Origin: Malacoraja senta
Lineage: Eukaryota
Assembly (NCBI GenBank): GCA_038087875.1
Contig: JAXLNO010001818.1
Location: 62,001-126,000 of the forward strand
DNA length: 64,000 nt
Reading direction: 5' to 3'
In this document: piece by piece, positions 40,488 to 52,309 of the stretch
How the letters are laid out: every line of letters begins with the position of its first letter
Position numbering within the stretch: position 1 is the stretch's first letter
Notes under the pieces: generated by a model
Databases searched by the model: none
The model's input: only the letters and a program-made list of their open reading frames with translations
Told to the model about the DNA's origin: nothing
Position numbers and translations under genes: made by a program

Positions 40488-41169
40488 AGGGCCTGTCCCA
40501 CTTACGTGTCCTTGGTACACAAATTATGCGACCTCGTGGTCGCGTTGAGGCGCACGGGCATCGTATGGCCGCGCGGGGCCGGTCCCACTTGGAAGCGCAG
40601 AGGGGTATGTAGTTGTGCGCGACATCGCGCGGGGCTCCGATAATTTTGTAGTGAACGAAATCTTCGCGCGCCAACGGCCTGTCGCGGAACTGACGGCCAA
40701 AGTGGGACAGGCCCAAGACCCTGGCGCGACGCAAAGTCTCACTTTGAACAGCAGCAGAAGGAGGCAAACGATCGCCGAACTCGGCCTGGGGCTCACGGCC
40801 GTTGAGGTCCGGATCCGCCCCCACTTCTACTCCCAGAGCGGGGCCAAGAAAATTGAAGATAGACACAAAATGCAGGAGTAACTCAGCGGGACCGGCAGCA
40901 TCTCTGGAGAGAAGCAATGGGTGACGTTTCGGGTCAAGACCCTTCTTTTCAGACTGAAGAAGAGTCTCGACATGAAACGTCACCCATTGCTTCTCTCCAG
41001 AGATGCTGCCGGTCCCACTGGCTTACTCCAGCTTTGTGTCCATCTTCAAATAATGTCACACGCTCCAGACGGCTGTGCGTACGCATGTAATCGCGCCCGA
41101 CCTTCGTCAGACCATCGCGGCTCAACGCGTAATTTGCGTTCCAAGGACACGTAAGTGGGACAGGCCCCT
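40488..41169. mobile_element. PIF/Harbinger-type MITE carrying a palindromic Penelope-end insert
   Basis: TIRs AGGGCCTGTCCCACTTACGTGTCCTTGG / CCAAGGACACGTAAGTGGGACAGGCCCCT; TTA TSD at 40485-40487 and 41170-41172. Confidence 0.88.
40853..41049. repeat. ~197-bp palindrome made of two head-to-head Penelope-end (hammerhead-motif) modules
   Basis: Arms ttgaagatagacacaaa... and ...tttgtgtccatcttcaa, centred on cagActg at 40950-40956. Confidence 0.85.
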
Positions 41170-41957
41170 TTACTTAGATGATTCATTCCCTCTGGCATTG
41201 ATTGATGAATCAAAGTGGGGGGGGGGGGGGGGGTTGATGGAATTTGTAAGGATTTGCTGAAGTCAGTTTGCTTAAAACTGCTCACTCCTTGAAAAGGAGA
41301 GTCTGTGAACTTTAGCCCAGAGACAAAGAACAGTTTGTGAACTCAAGGTTATAATTGATAAAAATCTAGGCACAACTGTGAACAACAACCCTTTATTAGG
41401 ATGAAGGTAATGAGCTAATGCCAACCATGCCCCTGGGACCAGGAGTAATAAGGAAGGGTCAAAACTTGGATGATGTTTTCATTCCAATAAGAAACTCTAC
41501 AAACAATGATAGCTGAATAAAACATAATTATGTTGTATCGATGAAGAGCCTCCTTTTCAAGCTGCTTTCTGCAGTCTTTTAGTTGTTCTGCAGATCCTTT
41601 ACATTCTCTCGTCTTCGTGTTTTCAAGAAACACCACAAATAGCCGAATGTATACTAATTATAGAAACATAGAAAAATAGGCACAGGAGTAGGCCATTCGG
41701 CCATTCGAGCCAGCACCGCCATTCAATATGATCATGCCTGCATCTAGAATCAGTACCCCATTCCTGCTTTTAGAAACATAGACACACAGAAAATAGGTGC
41801 AGGAGTAGGCCATTCGGCCCTTCGAGCCTGCACCGCCATTCAATATGATCATGGCTGACCATCCAACTCAGTATCCTGTACCTCCCTTCTCTCCATACCC
41901 CCTGATCCCTTTAGCCACAAGGGCCACATCTAAATCCCTCTTAAATATAGCCAATGA

Positions 41958-43667
41958 TGTCTCTTATAGGCTGAATAAATGCTATAAAAATGATCTTTTT
42001 ACCACAAATTTTATATCTATTCCAGTCAATACCGATATACTTACCCAAAATGTTTTTTTAAAAATTGGATGCTGATATTATAAATTTTATATGGGACTAT
42101 AAATCCCACAGAATCCAAAGAAAACATTTGTGTAAACCTAAGGAATTTGGTGGATTATCACTCCCCAATTTTTTATATTATTACTGGGCCACAAATGTCA
42201 AAAATATGATTCACCTGTTGGACAATTCGGCCCAGCAGGTGGATTGGATAGTAATGGAGAGAGAGGACTGCTCCCCTTTTAACATAGGAGCGATCCTTCT
42301 CTCACCAACAAAAATAAAGAATACAATATATAGTAAAAATCCAATTATTCACAGTACAATTAGAATTTGGAAACAAATAAAATTATTGTTAAAATTAAGA
42401 AATCTATCACTTCTTTCACCTATAATGAATAATCCTTCGTTTAAACCTTCTATGATAGATAGAGCTTTTATAAATTGGGAAAGAGCAGGAATTAAAACGT
42501 TTGGAGATATGTATGATAACGGAAGTTTTTTAACATTTCACCAATTACAACTTAAATATAACTTGAATAATAATCAATATTTTAAATATTTCCAACTACG
42601 TGACTATTTGAAAAAGTATACACGGGAATATCAAAATATCTCTCCTGACTTATTAGATGGGATAATGAATATAAAAGCGGAATCAGCTAATTTAATATCA
42701 TACCTATATAATTCCATTTTAAATATAGAAATTCCATCATCGGACGGGATCAGAAGAGAATGGAAACAGGAACTAGCTATAAAAATCTCGAAAGAGAGTT
42801 GGGATAAACATCTATTATATGTGCATAAATGTTCGATTAACGTAAGACATACTCTGATTCAATTTAAAATTTTACATAGATTATATTATTCAAAAGCTAA
42901 ATTAAGTAAATTTTACCCAAATACCTCTGCAAACTGTGATAAATGCCTAGTCCAAGAATCAACTACAGCACATTCTTTTGTTTTTTGTATAAAAGTTCAA
43001 AAATTTTGGAATGAAATTTTTGAAATTTTCACTAAATTATTTTAAATAAAACTGAAACCGAATGCAGAACTGATTATTTTTGGAACAATAGAAGCAAGTT
43101 TGGAGCTGACTTCGTTTCAAAGGAGTTTTCTTAGTTATGGCTTAATAACGGCAAAAAAATTAATACTGAAATTTTGGAAAAATGCTCCTACGCCAACAAT
43201 AAAAATGTGGACTTCTAATATGTCGGAATTGTTACATCTAGAAGATATGAGATTCCTCCTAGCAGGTAAACAAGACCAATTCCAAAAGATTTGGTCTCCA
43301 TATATCGACCTATTACAAACATAGGGTGCAACAAAATGTTGATAATAAATGGTTTTAGGTCCTGGCGAGGGGTGAGTAAAGATAAGAAAAAGGCACATCC
43401 CTTTCATATTGTCCTATCTTATTTTCTTTTTTCTCTTTTTTTCTTTTCTTCTTTAACTATTTCTTGTGGTTTAGGTTCACATGTGTGTTCCTGGACCACT
43501 TTTTCATTCACTCACTGACTGTCCTTGCTAGTTCTTTCTATTCTTCTTTTCTATTAAAGTTGAAAAACAGAAGTGGTACAAGAACTGTATAAATTTACGT
43601 TATTGCAGATTACTGTAATGTAAAATACTTCTAAAAAATAAATAAAAAATAAAAAAATAAAAAATAT
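41958..43667 (+). mobile_element. 5'-truncated L1/Tx1-type fragment
   Basis: ORFs 42065..43045 and 43100..43324 are close homologs of the ORF2 C-terminus at 5500-6816; A-rich tail; 13-bp TSD ATATAGCCAATGA (41945-41957, 43668-43680). Confidence 0.92.
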
Positions 43668-44103
43668 ATATAGCCAATGAACTGGCCTCAACTACATTCT
43701 GTGGCAGAGAATTCCAGAGATTCACCACTCTCTGTGTAAAAAATGTTTTTCTCATCTCAGTCCTAAAAGATTTCCCCTTTATCCTTAAACTGTGACCCCT
43801 TGTTCTGGACTTCCCCAACATCGGGAACAATCTTCCTGCATCTAGCCTGTCCAACCCCTTAAGAATTTTGTAAGTTTCTATAAGATCCCCCCTCAATCTT
43901 CTAAATTCTAGCGAGTACAAGCCGAGTCTATCCAGTCTTTCTTCATATGAAAGTCCTGACATCCCAGGAACCAGTCTGGTGAACCTTCTCTGTACTCCCT
44001 CTATGGCAAGAATGTCCTTCCTCAGATTAGGAGACCAAAACTGTAGACAATACTCCAGGTGTGGTCTCACCAAGACCCTGAACAACTGCAGTAGAACTGC
44101 AGT

Positions 44104-44131
44104 CTGAAGAAGGGTTTCGGCCCGAAACGTT
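44104..44131 (+). ncRNA. Minimal type I hammerhead ribozyme motif within a 98-bp Penelope-end insert (44098-44195)
   Basis: CUGAAGA-A-GGGU(UUCG)GCCC-GAAAC-GUU: intact core, stem II closed by a UUCG loop, and a palindromic AACGUU in place of helix III. The insert is flanked by CTGCAGTAGAAC (44086-44097, 44196-44207). Confidence 0.75.
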
Positions 44132-46379
44132 GCCTATTTCCTTCGCTCCATAGATGCTGCTGCACCCGCTGAGTTTCTCCAGCAATTTTGTGTACCTGCA
44201 GTAGAACCTCCCTGCTCCTATACTCAAATCCTTTTGCTATGAATGCTAACATACCATTCGCTTTCTTCACTGCCTGCTGAACCTGCATGCCTACTTTCAA
44301 TGACTGGTGTACCATGACACCCAGGTCTCGTTGCATCTCCCCTTTTCCTAATCGGCCACCATTCAGGTAATAGTCTACTTTCCTGTTTTTGCCACCAAAG
44401 TGGACACATTTATCAACATTATACTGCACCTGCCTTGCATTTGCCCACTCACCCAGCCTATCCAAGTCACCTTGCAGCCTCCTAGCACCCTCCTCACAGC
44501 TAACACTGCCCCCCAGCTTCGTGTCATCCGCAAACTTGGAGATGTTGCATTTGATTCCCTCGTCCAAATCATTAATATATATTGTAAATAGCTGGGGTCC
44601 CAGCACTCAGCCTTGCGGTGCCCCACTAGTCACTGACTGCCATTCTGAAAAGGACGCGTTTACTCCTACTCTTTGCTTCCTGTCTGCCAGCCAGTTCTCT
44701 ATCCACATCAATACTGAACCCCCATAACCGTGTGCTTTAAGTTTGTATATTAATCTCTAATGTGGGACCTTGTCGAAAGTCTTCTGAAAGTCCAGATATA
44801 ACACATCCACTGGTTCTCCCTCTACTAGTTACATCCTCGAAAAATTCTATAAGATTCGTCAGACATGATTTACCTTTCATAAATCCATGCTGACTTTGTC
44901 CAATGATTTCACCATTTTCCTAATGTGCTGCTATCCCATCTTTAATAACTGACTCTAGCAGTTTCCCCACTACCGATGTTAGACTAACTGGCCTGTAATC
45001 CCCGTTTTCTCTCTCCCTCCCTTTTTAAAAAGCGGGGTTACATTAGCTACCCTCCAATCCTCAGGAACTACTCCAGAATCTAAAGAGTTTTGAAAAATTA
45101 TCACTAATGCATCCACTATTTCTGGGGCTACTTCCTTAAGTACTCTGGGATGCAGCCTATCTGGCCCTGGGGATTTATCGGCCTTTAATCCATTCAATTT
45201 ACCTAACACCACTTCCCGGCTACCTGGATTTCACTCAGTTCCTCCATCTCATTTGACCCCCGGTCCCCTGCTATTTCCGGCAGTTAATTAAGTCTTCCTT
45301 AGTGAAGACAGAACCAAAGTAGTTATTCAATTGGTCTGCCATGTCCTTGTTCTCCATGATCAATTCACCTGTTTCTGACTGCAAGGGACCTACATTTGTT
45401 TTAACTAATCTTTTCCCCCATATCCCTTGATTCCTTTAGCCTTAAGAGCTAAATCTAACTCTCTCTTGAAAGTACGTTGTTTAGATAAGAGCCTTCTTTT
45501 CAAGCTTCTTTCTGCGGTCTTTTAGTTGAGTTTTGCAGGTGCTTTAGTTTGTCTCGTCTTCTCTCTGCTGAATATGTAACAACTACAAGCTGTGAATAAC
45601 AAAAAATCCTTGAAAACTAACACTGGACTGCGAGTGTGAGTACAAAGCATGTTCTAATGTGACCCAACTTCAGTCTGAAGTAGGATCCTCACCCGAAATA
45701 TCTGCCTTCCCATGTTCTCCAAAGATGCCGCTTGACCCGTTGAGTTCCTCAGCACTTTGTGTCTGGAGGAAAGCAGCCTCTGCTCTTCCTTTCATCTACA
45801 ATTGTTAAATAGTTCAATCCAGACAATTAGTTCAATTTTACATTGTTGACTAAAATGAGAAAGAAGGCAATTCAAGGATAAATAACTGCCCATAATTCCA
45901 TGTGACAGAGAAAGAGGTCTTTCAGCCTCCTGAGCCCACTCAGGAGGCTGAGGGGTGATCATATAGGGGTGCTTAAAATCATGAGGGGAATTGATAGAGT
46001 GTATGCCCAGAGCCTTTTACCCAGAGAACAAAATTATTCCAACACTAATTTGCCCCAAAACGGATCTTCCTCATTTCTATCAATGCCACAAATCCACCTC
46101 TATTTGCAGCGGTGGCTTAATCTACTAATTCAGCACATTTTGGTATGTGGGAGGAAACTGGAGAACAAACATTGTCACAGGGAGAATGCTTATACTCCAC
46201 ACAGACTGCACTGGAGATGATTGAACCCGGATCACTGGCGCTGTGAGGCAGCAGCGCTCTTTGCTATAAAGCAGTCATAGAGAGTCACACAGCAGGGAAA
46301 CAAGCCCTTTGGCCCAACTTGTCCATGCTAATCAAGATACCCCATTTAAGCTAGTCCCATTTACCCTGGAATCGGTAGA

Positions 46380-46870
46380 CATCATTCAAAACGTTTCTCT
46401 CTAGATGTCAGCTGCTCTACATCGGTGAGACCAAGCGCAGGCTTGGCGATCGTTTCGCCAAACGCCTCCGCTCGGTTCGCAACAACCAACCTCATCTCCC
46501 TGTGGATCAGCACTTCAACTCCCCCCTCCCATTCCAAATCCGACCTTTCTACCCTCGGCCTCCTCCATGGCCAGAGTGAGGACCGCCGTAAATTGGAGGA
46601 GCAGCACCTCATATTTCGCTTGGGCAGTTTACACCCCAGCGGTATGAACATTGACCTCTAATTTCAGGTAGTCCCTACTTTCTCCTCCCCTTCTCAGCTC
46701 TCCCTCAGCCCACTGACTCCACCTCTTCCTTTCTTCTTCCTGCCCCCCCCCATTCCCCCCACCCTCACATCAGTCTGAAGAAGGGTTTTCGGCCCTAAAC
46801 GTTGCCTATTTCCTTCGCTCCAGAGATGCTGCCTCACCCGCTGAGTTTCTCCAGCATTTATATCTACCTA
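46380..46870 (+). mobile_element. Penelope-like element 3' fragment (GIY-YIG end and pseudo-LTR)
   Basis: LYIGETKRRLGDRFAKRL...HFNSP...KLEEQHLIFRLGSLHPSGMNID; degenerate hammerhead motif near 46774. Confidence 0.88.
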
Positions 46871-47921
46871 TGCATGTCCCTGTCCATGTGTCTATTAAAT
46901 ATTGTTATTGTACCTGCCGCAACTCCATTCTCTGGCAGGTCATTCCATATGCTGACCACTCTCTGAGCACAAAGATTGTCCCAAGTTCCAATTAAATCTT
47001 TCCCCTCTCACATTAAACCCATGTCCTCTGGTTATTTTATTCTCCTTCTCTGGGTAAAAGGCTCTGGGCATACACTCTATCAATTCCCCTCATGATTTTA
47101 AGCACCCCTATATGATCACCCCTCAGCCTCCTGTGCTCCATGGAATAAAGCCCTGGCTTGCCCAATCTCTCCCTCTTGTTCACACCCTTGAGCCCCGACA
47201 ATATGCTCATAAATCTCATAAACATAACAATGTTGCAGATAATAAGCGCACCATAAATAATGCAAATATAAAAATTATTTTTGAAGGCAATATGATTCAA
47301 TAAACATGGTTCAATGAATCAGATGATAATCTAATAAATGTCATTCACATGTATTCACATATAATTTGAAAATAATAATAAATATTGCAAGATGTGGAAA
47401 ATTGATAGAAATTATGCCCAGTGCATAATATTTTGATGTATTGTTCCCTGTTTGTACCCTCACCCTGTTTTAGTTCAGTTAAAGATTAATAATATAATTT
47501 GTTTAATGTGTAACCGAAGAGGTAACAAAAAGCAATGTTTTCAGAAATAATTAATCATGAATGAATGACACTTTATTGTGACATGTGACAAGTCACAGTG
47601 AAATTCTTTGTTTTGTAAACCCAACGTATGTCAAGATTCTTCACATAAAGGGCACCGACAAAGTTATAAAGTCTCCCACACCAGGTCCTCCTTTGTCCCC
47701 ACCCCCCCCCTCCCCACCTCACCATGGTTCCCCCACGCCTAGTCCTGCTTTGTTCAATGGTACACTACGAATGTCATTGAATTAACACAGTAATGGTGAT
47801 AGGACTTATTGATTTACAATATAAAACATGTCCAATTGCAAATTATATGGATATACAAGTGTGGTGCAGATGGATTTGGACAGCTTACTTTACAATTGGT
47901 GCCCAAGATAATTTAGAGATA

Positions 47922-48130
47922 TAGCACGAAAACAGCCCTTAGAGTCCACAGTGACCAGTGATCCACTTTGGCATACAGGCTTGGAGTGTGGGAGGAAACC
48001 GGAGCATCCGGGGAAATCCCACGCAGGTCACGGGGAGTACGTACAAACTATGTACAGACAGCACCTGAGGCCAGGATCAACCCTGGGTCTCTGGCACTAC
48101 GGCAGCAACACTACGGCTGAACCACAATGC
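47922..48130 (-). mobile_element. V-SINE
   Basis: Reverse-complement V-domain (tgtgggaggaaaccggagca...cacgcaggtcacgggg). Confidence 0.75.
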
Positions 48131-49011
48131 CATTTAGGTTATCCTTTAAATATTTCACACAACATTTCATTCAAAATTTGTCAATAAAAGTAAAAACAAT
48201 TGGTGAGGTACGCAAGGGATTTTAACCATTCAAAAAGCCACCAACATTTTAATGATTTGTAAAATGCTGGAACACACAGCAGGTTCAACAGAACCTATGG
48301 AAAGAGAAACAAAATTAATGCTTCAGAATTGTGAGAATGTGTAAGTTACAGACAGGAGTGGGAGGCATGGTTGGACATAGCGGGTATCACTAATACGGTA
48401 ATGACAGGTTTCCATGGTGATAAACTGACAATGAAGCCATCAGACAATGGCATTTTTGGTTTTTATTTCACATTTGCAGCATCTGCAGTTCTTAGGTTAG
48501 TAACTCAGCATGGAAACGGGCCATTCTGCCCACCAATTCCATGCCAACCATCGATCATCTTTCACACTAGTTCTATGTTATCCCAAAATGGACACAAAAT
48601 GCTGGAGTAAGTCAGGGGAAACACTCTGTCTGAGGAAGGGTCTTGACCTGAAAAGTCATCCATTCCTTGTATCCAAAGATGCTGCCTGTCCCGCTGAGTT
48701 ACTCCAGCACATTGTGCCTATCTTTGCTGTAAACCAGCATCTTCAGTTCCTTCCTACACATCTATGTAATCCCACTTTCCTCACCCATTCTCAGCACACA
48801 AGAGTAATTTACAGAGCCCAATTAACCTACAAACTCTCACGTTTTCAAGATATGGGATGAAACCGGAGCACCTGGAGGAAATATCTGTGTTCACAGGGAG
48901 AACATGTAGTCGGGATCAAACCTGGGTCTCTGGCACAGCGAGAAATTTCTTTGAGATGTTTTTTTATGAACATTGATCACACTCCAATTGTATTGAAATG
49001 AATGAACTAAC

Positions 49012-49272
49012 TTGCTGTTTCGTTCTGCCTCTGCATCCATTCATCGACTTGCCCTTTGATGATTCCATGGAAACCAGTTTCAGAGACCGTATTTGTTACC
49101 CAGTAATTCCTGTCAAATGCAGCCGCCATCCATTTCTGTCTTGGAACTGTAATGACCATGTTTTTGTCATAATACTGTATCTCACAACCGTCCAGAACAC
49201 CCACAACACTATATTCTGGTAGATGAGTACTCCCGTGGTTCAGGGTGTAGTAGTAGATCAGTGTGTGAGGCT
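49012..49272 (-). CDS. MHC class I-like alpha1 exon (261 bp)
   Basis: Acceptor attattgtctttgtgtctag|AG and donor GCA A|gttagt, phase 1 at both ends. Encodes (E)PHTLIYYYT...PEYSVVGVLDG.EIQYYD...PRQKWM....RNYW...MQRQNETA, with H3, Y7, W51, Y59, W60, R84 and the N86 sequon. Splices in frame to the alpha2 exon (A|AT = Asn). Confidence 0.92.
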
Positions 49273-49647
49273 CTAGACACAAAGACAATAATACAATTAT
49301 TGTCAAGTAATAGACATTTCTATGGATAGGAAAGGTTTGGAGGGAAATCGGCAAAGCACCAATCGGATTTACATTGCACTAAACATGATATCATTTACCC
49401 TGTATCTATAGATAACATTACAATGACGGCTTCATTGTAATGTAGTCTTTTCACTGACTGGATAGCACACAAGAAACATTTTCACTGCAAAACAGTACAC
49501 GTGACATTAATAATAAATTAAACTAAGCTAAAATATAGATAGGTGGGTCAAGGGTAGATGGGGCATCTTGGCTGGCATAGATAAGCTGGGCTGAAGGGCC
49601 TGTTTCTATGCTGTACATTATTCTAGATGTCAAGCTTACTTAGATTA

Positions 49648-49941
49648 TTTTAGTTTAGTTTAGAGATACAGTGTGGAAACAGGCCCTTCAGCACGAGTCG
49701 GCACAGATCCCCGCACATTAACACTATCCTACACACGAAGGACAATTTACATTTATATCAAGCCTATTAACCTACAAACCTGTACGTCTTTGGAGTGTGG
49801 GAGGAAACCGAAGATCTTGGCGAAAACCCACTGGTCATGGGGAGAATGTACAAACTCCGTACAGACAGCAGCCATAGTCAGGATCGGACCCGGGGCTCTG
49901 ACACTTTAAGGCAGCAACTCTACCGCTGCCCCACCGTGCCG
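49648..49941 (-). mobile_element. V-SINE
   Basis: (tttag)n tail, V-domain and tRNA-like head on the minus strand. Confidence 0.85.
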
Positions 49942-50794
49942 TGACTGAAGTCTGAAGAAGGGTTTCGGCCCGAAACTTTGCCTATTTCCTTCGCTCCATA
50001 GATGCTGCTGCACCCGCTGAGTTTCTCCAGTATTTTTGTGTACCTTTGATTTTTCCAGCATCTGCAGTTCCTTCTTAAACACTGTTCCAATGCTATATCT
50101 CTATATCATTTTGAGCTGCAATATACAGTAAGTTGTCCAAATCGGATTGCATCATGCCAGTACATCAAGAGCAGACTCTAAAAATATCAATGTAACATTT
50201 AACTTCTGCTTTGATATGACCTCCTGGTGACTTGTTCACCACATCTCCCTTTGTCAGGGAGTTTCCCTATCGTCTCACTGGAGAGGCCCCACATTCACAC
50301 TTACTCAAATACCACACATTTCCTGCTAGACTAGTTTTTCAACTGTTTACTCTCACAGTCTGCCCTGTGAACATGCAGAAATTAACATCACAAAAAATCA
50401 GGATTGAACAACTCATTATCAACCTTAGACACAGAGTGCTAAAGTAACTCAGCGAGACCGGCAGCATCTCTGGAGAAAAAGGCTGGATGACACTTCGTGT
50501 CGGGACCCTACTTCAGTCTCAAGCAGGGTTAGTCTGAAGAAGGGTCCCAACCCGATACATCAGTCTGAAGAAGGATCCCAACCTGAAGCTTCACCCAGCA
50601 TCACCCATCCTTTATCTACAGAGATGCTGTAGAACACATCTGACCCGTTGAGTTACTCCAGCACTTTGTGACTCTCTTTGGTACAAACAAGCATCTGCAG
50701 TTCATTGTTTCTACATCATTATCTATCTCTTTGAGAAAGCGTTCCCATAGAATTTGCATCCTAACAAAATAAGATCACACAAAGTTACCAATAA

Positions 50795-51120
50795 GGGCGG
50801 CACAGTGGCACAGTGGTAGAGTTGCTGCCTTACAGTGTTTGCAGTGCCAGAGACCCGGTTTCAATCCTGACTATGGGTGCTGTCTGTACGGAGTTAGTAC
50901 GTTATCCCCGTGACCTGCGTGGATTTTCGCTGAGATCTTCGATTTCCTCCCACACTCCAAAGACGTGCAGGAATGTAGGTTAATTGGATTGATGCATGTG
51001 TCAAATTGTCCCTCGTGTGCATAGGATAGTGTTGGTGTGCGGGTTAGTCGCTGGTCGGTGCAGACTCGGTGGGCCGAAAGGCCTCTTTCCGCGCTGTGTA
51101 TCTAAATTAAAAAACTAAAG
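50795..51120 (+). mobile_element. V-SINE
   Basis: gggcggcacagtggcacagtggtagagttgctgcc head, V-domain and ctaaa tail. Confidence 0.88.
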
Positions 51121-51564
51121 AACCTATTTTACATATCTCACTTTCTTTGGTTCACGCAGTGTTCTCTCTGGTGTAGACTGCTTGAGCCATTTTCAGTGCT
51201 TATTCTGGCTAATAGAGATAGCAACATGAAAACCACAGAAAGAATCTTAAAATAAACTGAATCCTGCAGCATATAAACAGGCCCATTTGCCCAAACTTGT
51301 TTATGCTGACCGAGATGTTTATCTACAATTACATGAATTACGCACATATCCCTCCCTGACTTTCCTACCAAAAGTCCAAATGCTTTATAGACATTGTGAT
51401 TATATCTGCCTCTACCATCTCCCCTGCAGCTCATTCCAGATAACTACTGCAGTGAGAAACGTCTGCTCAGATCCCCTTGACATTTCTCTCCCATCACCTT
51501 AAACCTCCAGTTCTAGTCTCCACTGCCCTGGAAAAGAGACAGTTACTCTCTATCCTATCTATAC

Positions 51565-52000
51565 CCCAAAGATAGACACAAAATGCTGGAGTAACTCAGC
51601 AGGGCAGGCAGTATTTCTGGAGAGAAGGAATGGATGATGTTTAGAAACGTCACTCATTCCTTCCCTCCAAAGATGCTGCCTGTCCTGCTGAGTTACTCCA
51701 GCATTTTATGTCTGTCTTCGGTGTAAACCAACATCTGTTAATCCTTCCTGAAGAAGGATGTCGACCCGAAATGTCACCCATTCCTTCTCTCCAGTGATGC
51801 TGCCTGTCCCACTGAGTTACTCCAGCATTTTACATCTGTCTTCGGTGTAAACCAGCATCTGTAGATCCTTCCTGAAGAAGGGACTCAACCCAAAATATCA
51901 CCTATTCCTTCTCTCCAGTGATGCTTCCTGTCTCACTGAGTTACTCCAGCTTTTTGTGTCTTTCTTCTGTTTAAACCAGCATCTGCAGTTCCTTCTGACA
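51565..52000 (+). repeat. Penelope-end palindrome followed by ~120-bp tandem units with degenerate hammerhead motifs
   Basis: Unit ctgaagaagg...cgacccgaaa.gtcacccattccttctctccag.gatgctgcctgtcc..ctgagttactccagc...gtaaaccagcatctg..g.tccttc; three plus-strand copies. Confidence 0.85.
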
Positions 52001-52309
52001 CTATCTATAGCCCTCATTATTTCACTCCTGCATTCTAGTGAGAATAAATGCAGCCTATCCAATCTCTTCACATAACACCAGACCTCTATTCCAGGCAACA
52101 ACCTCGCAAAACCCTTCTGCACTACTTTTGATGCCATCACATCCTTTTTAGTTTAGAGATACATTGCAGAAACAGGCCCTTCGGCCCACGCCGACCAGTG
52201 ATCCCCGCACAGTAATGTTAGTAGAGGAGCGACCAGAACTCTACACAATACTCCATGTGCAGCCTAACCAATGTTTTGTTTGATTTCTCAACTCTTATAC
52301 TTGATGCCA

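Larger units (their letters stand above)
41765..45410 (-). mobile_element. CR1 LINE (RT to 3' end) interrupted by an L1 and a hammerhead mini-element
   Basis: ORFs 44979..45212, 44375..44626, 44067..44606 and 43600..44085 are consecutive CR1 ORF2 segments; the 3' tail is at about 41770-41957. Confidence 0.9.

Noticed and set aside
50257-50267. NF-kB-like site GGGAGTTTCCC about 1 kb upstream of the alpha1 exon
   Set aside because: Several such matches are expected by chance in 64 kb; no accompanying ISRE/SXY module was recognised and the transcription start is unknown.
51138-51290. Hydrophobic stretch MLQDSVYFKILSVVFMLLSLLARIS as a possible class I leader exon
   Set aside because: The ATG lies in a CR1 tail, the only good donor (AA|gtgaga) is phase 2, and the phase-1 option (gtctac) is poor. 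The leader remains unidentified.
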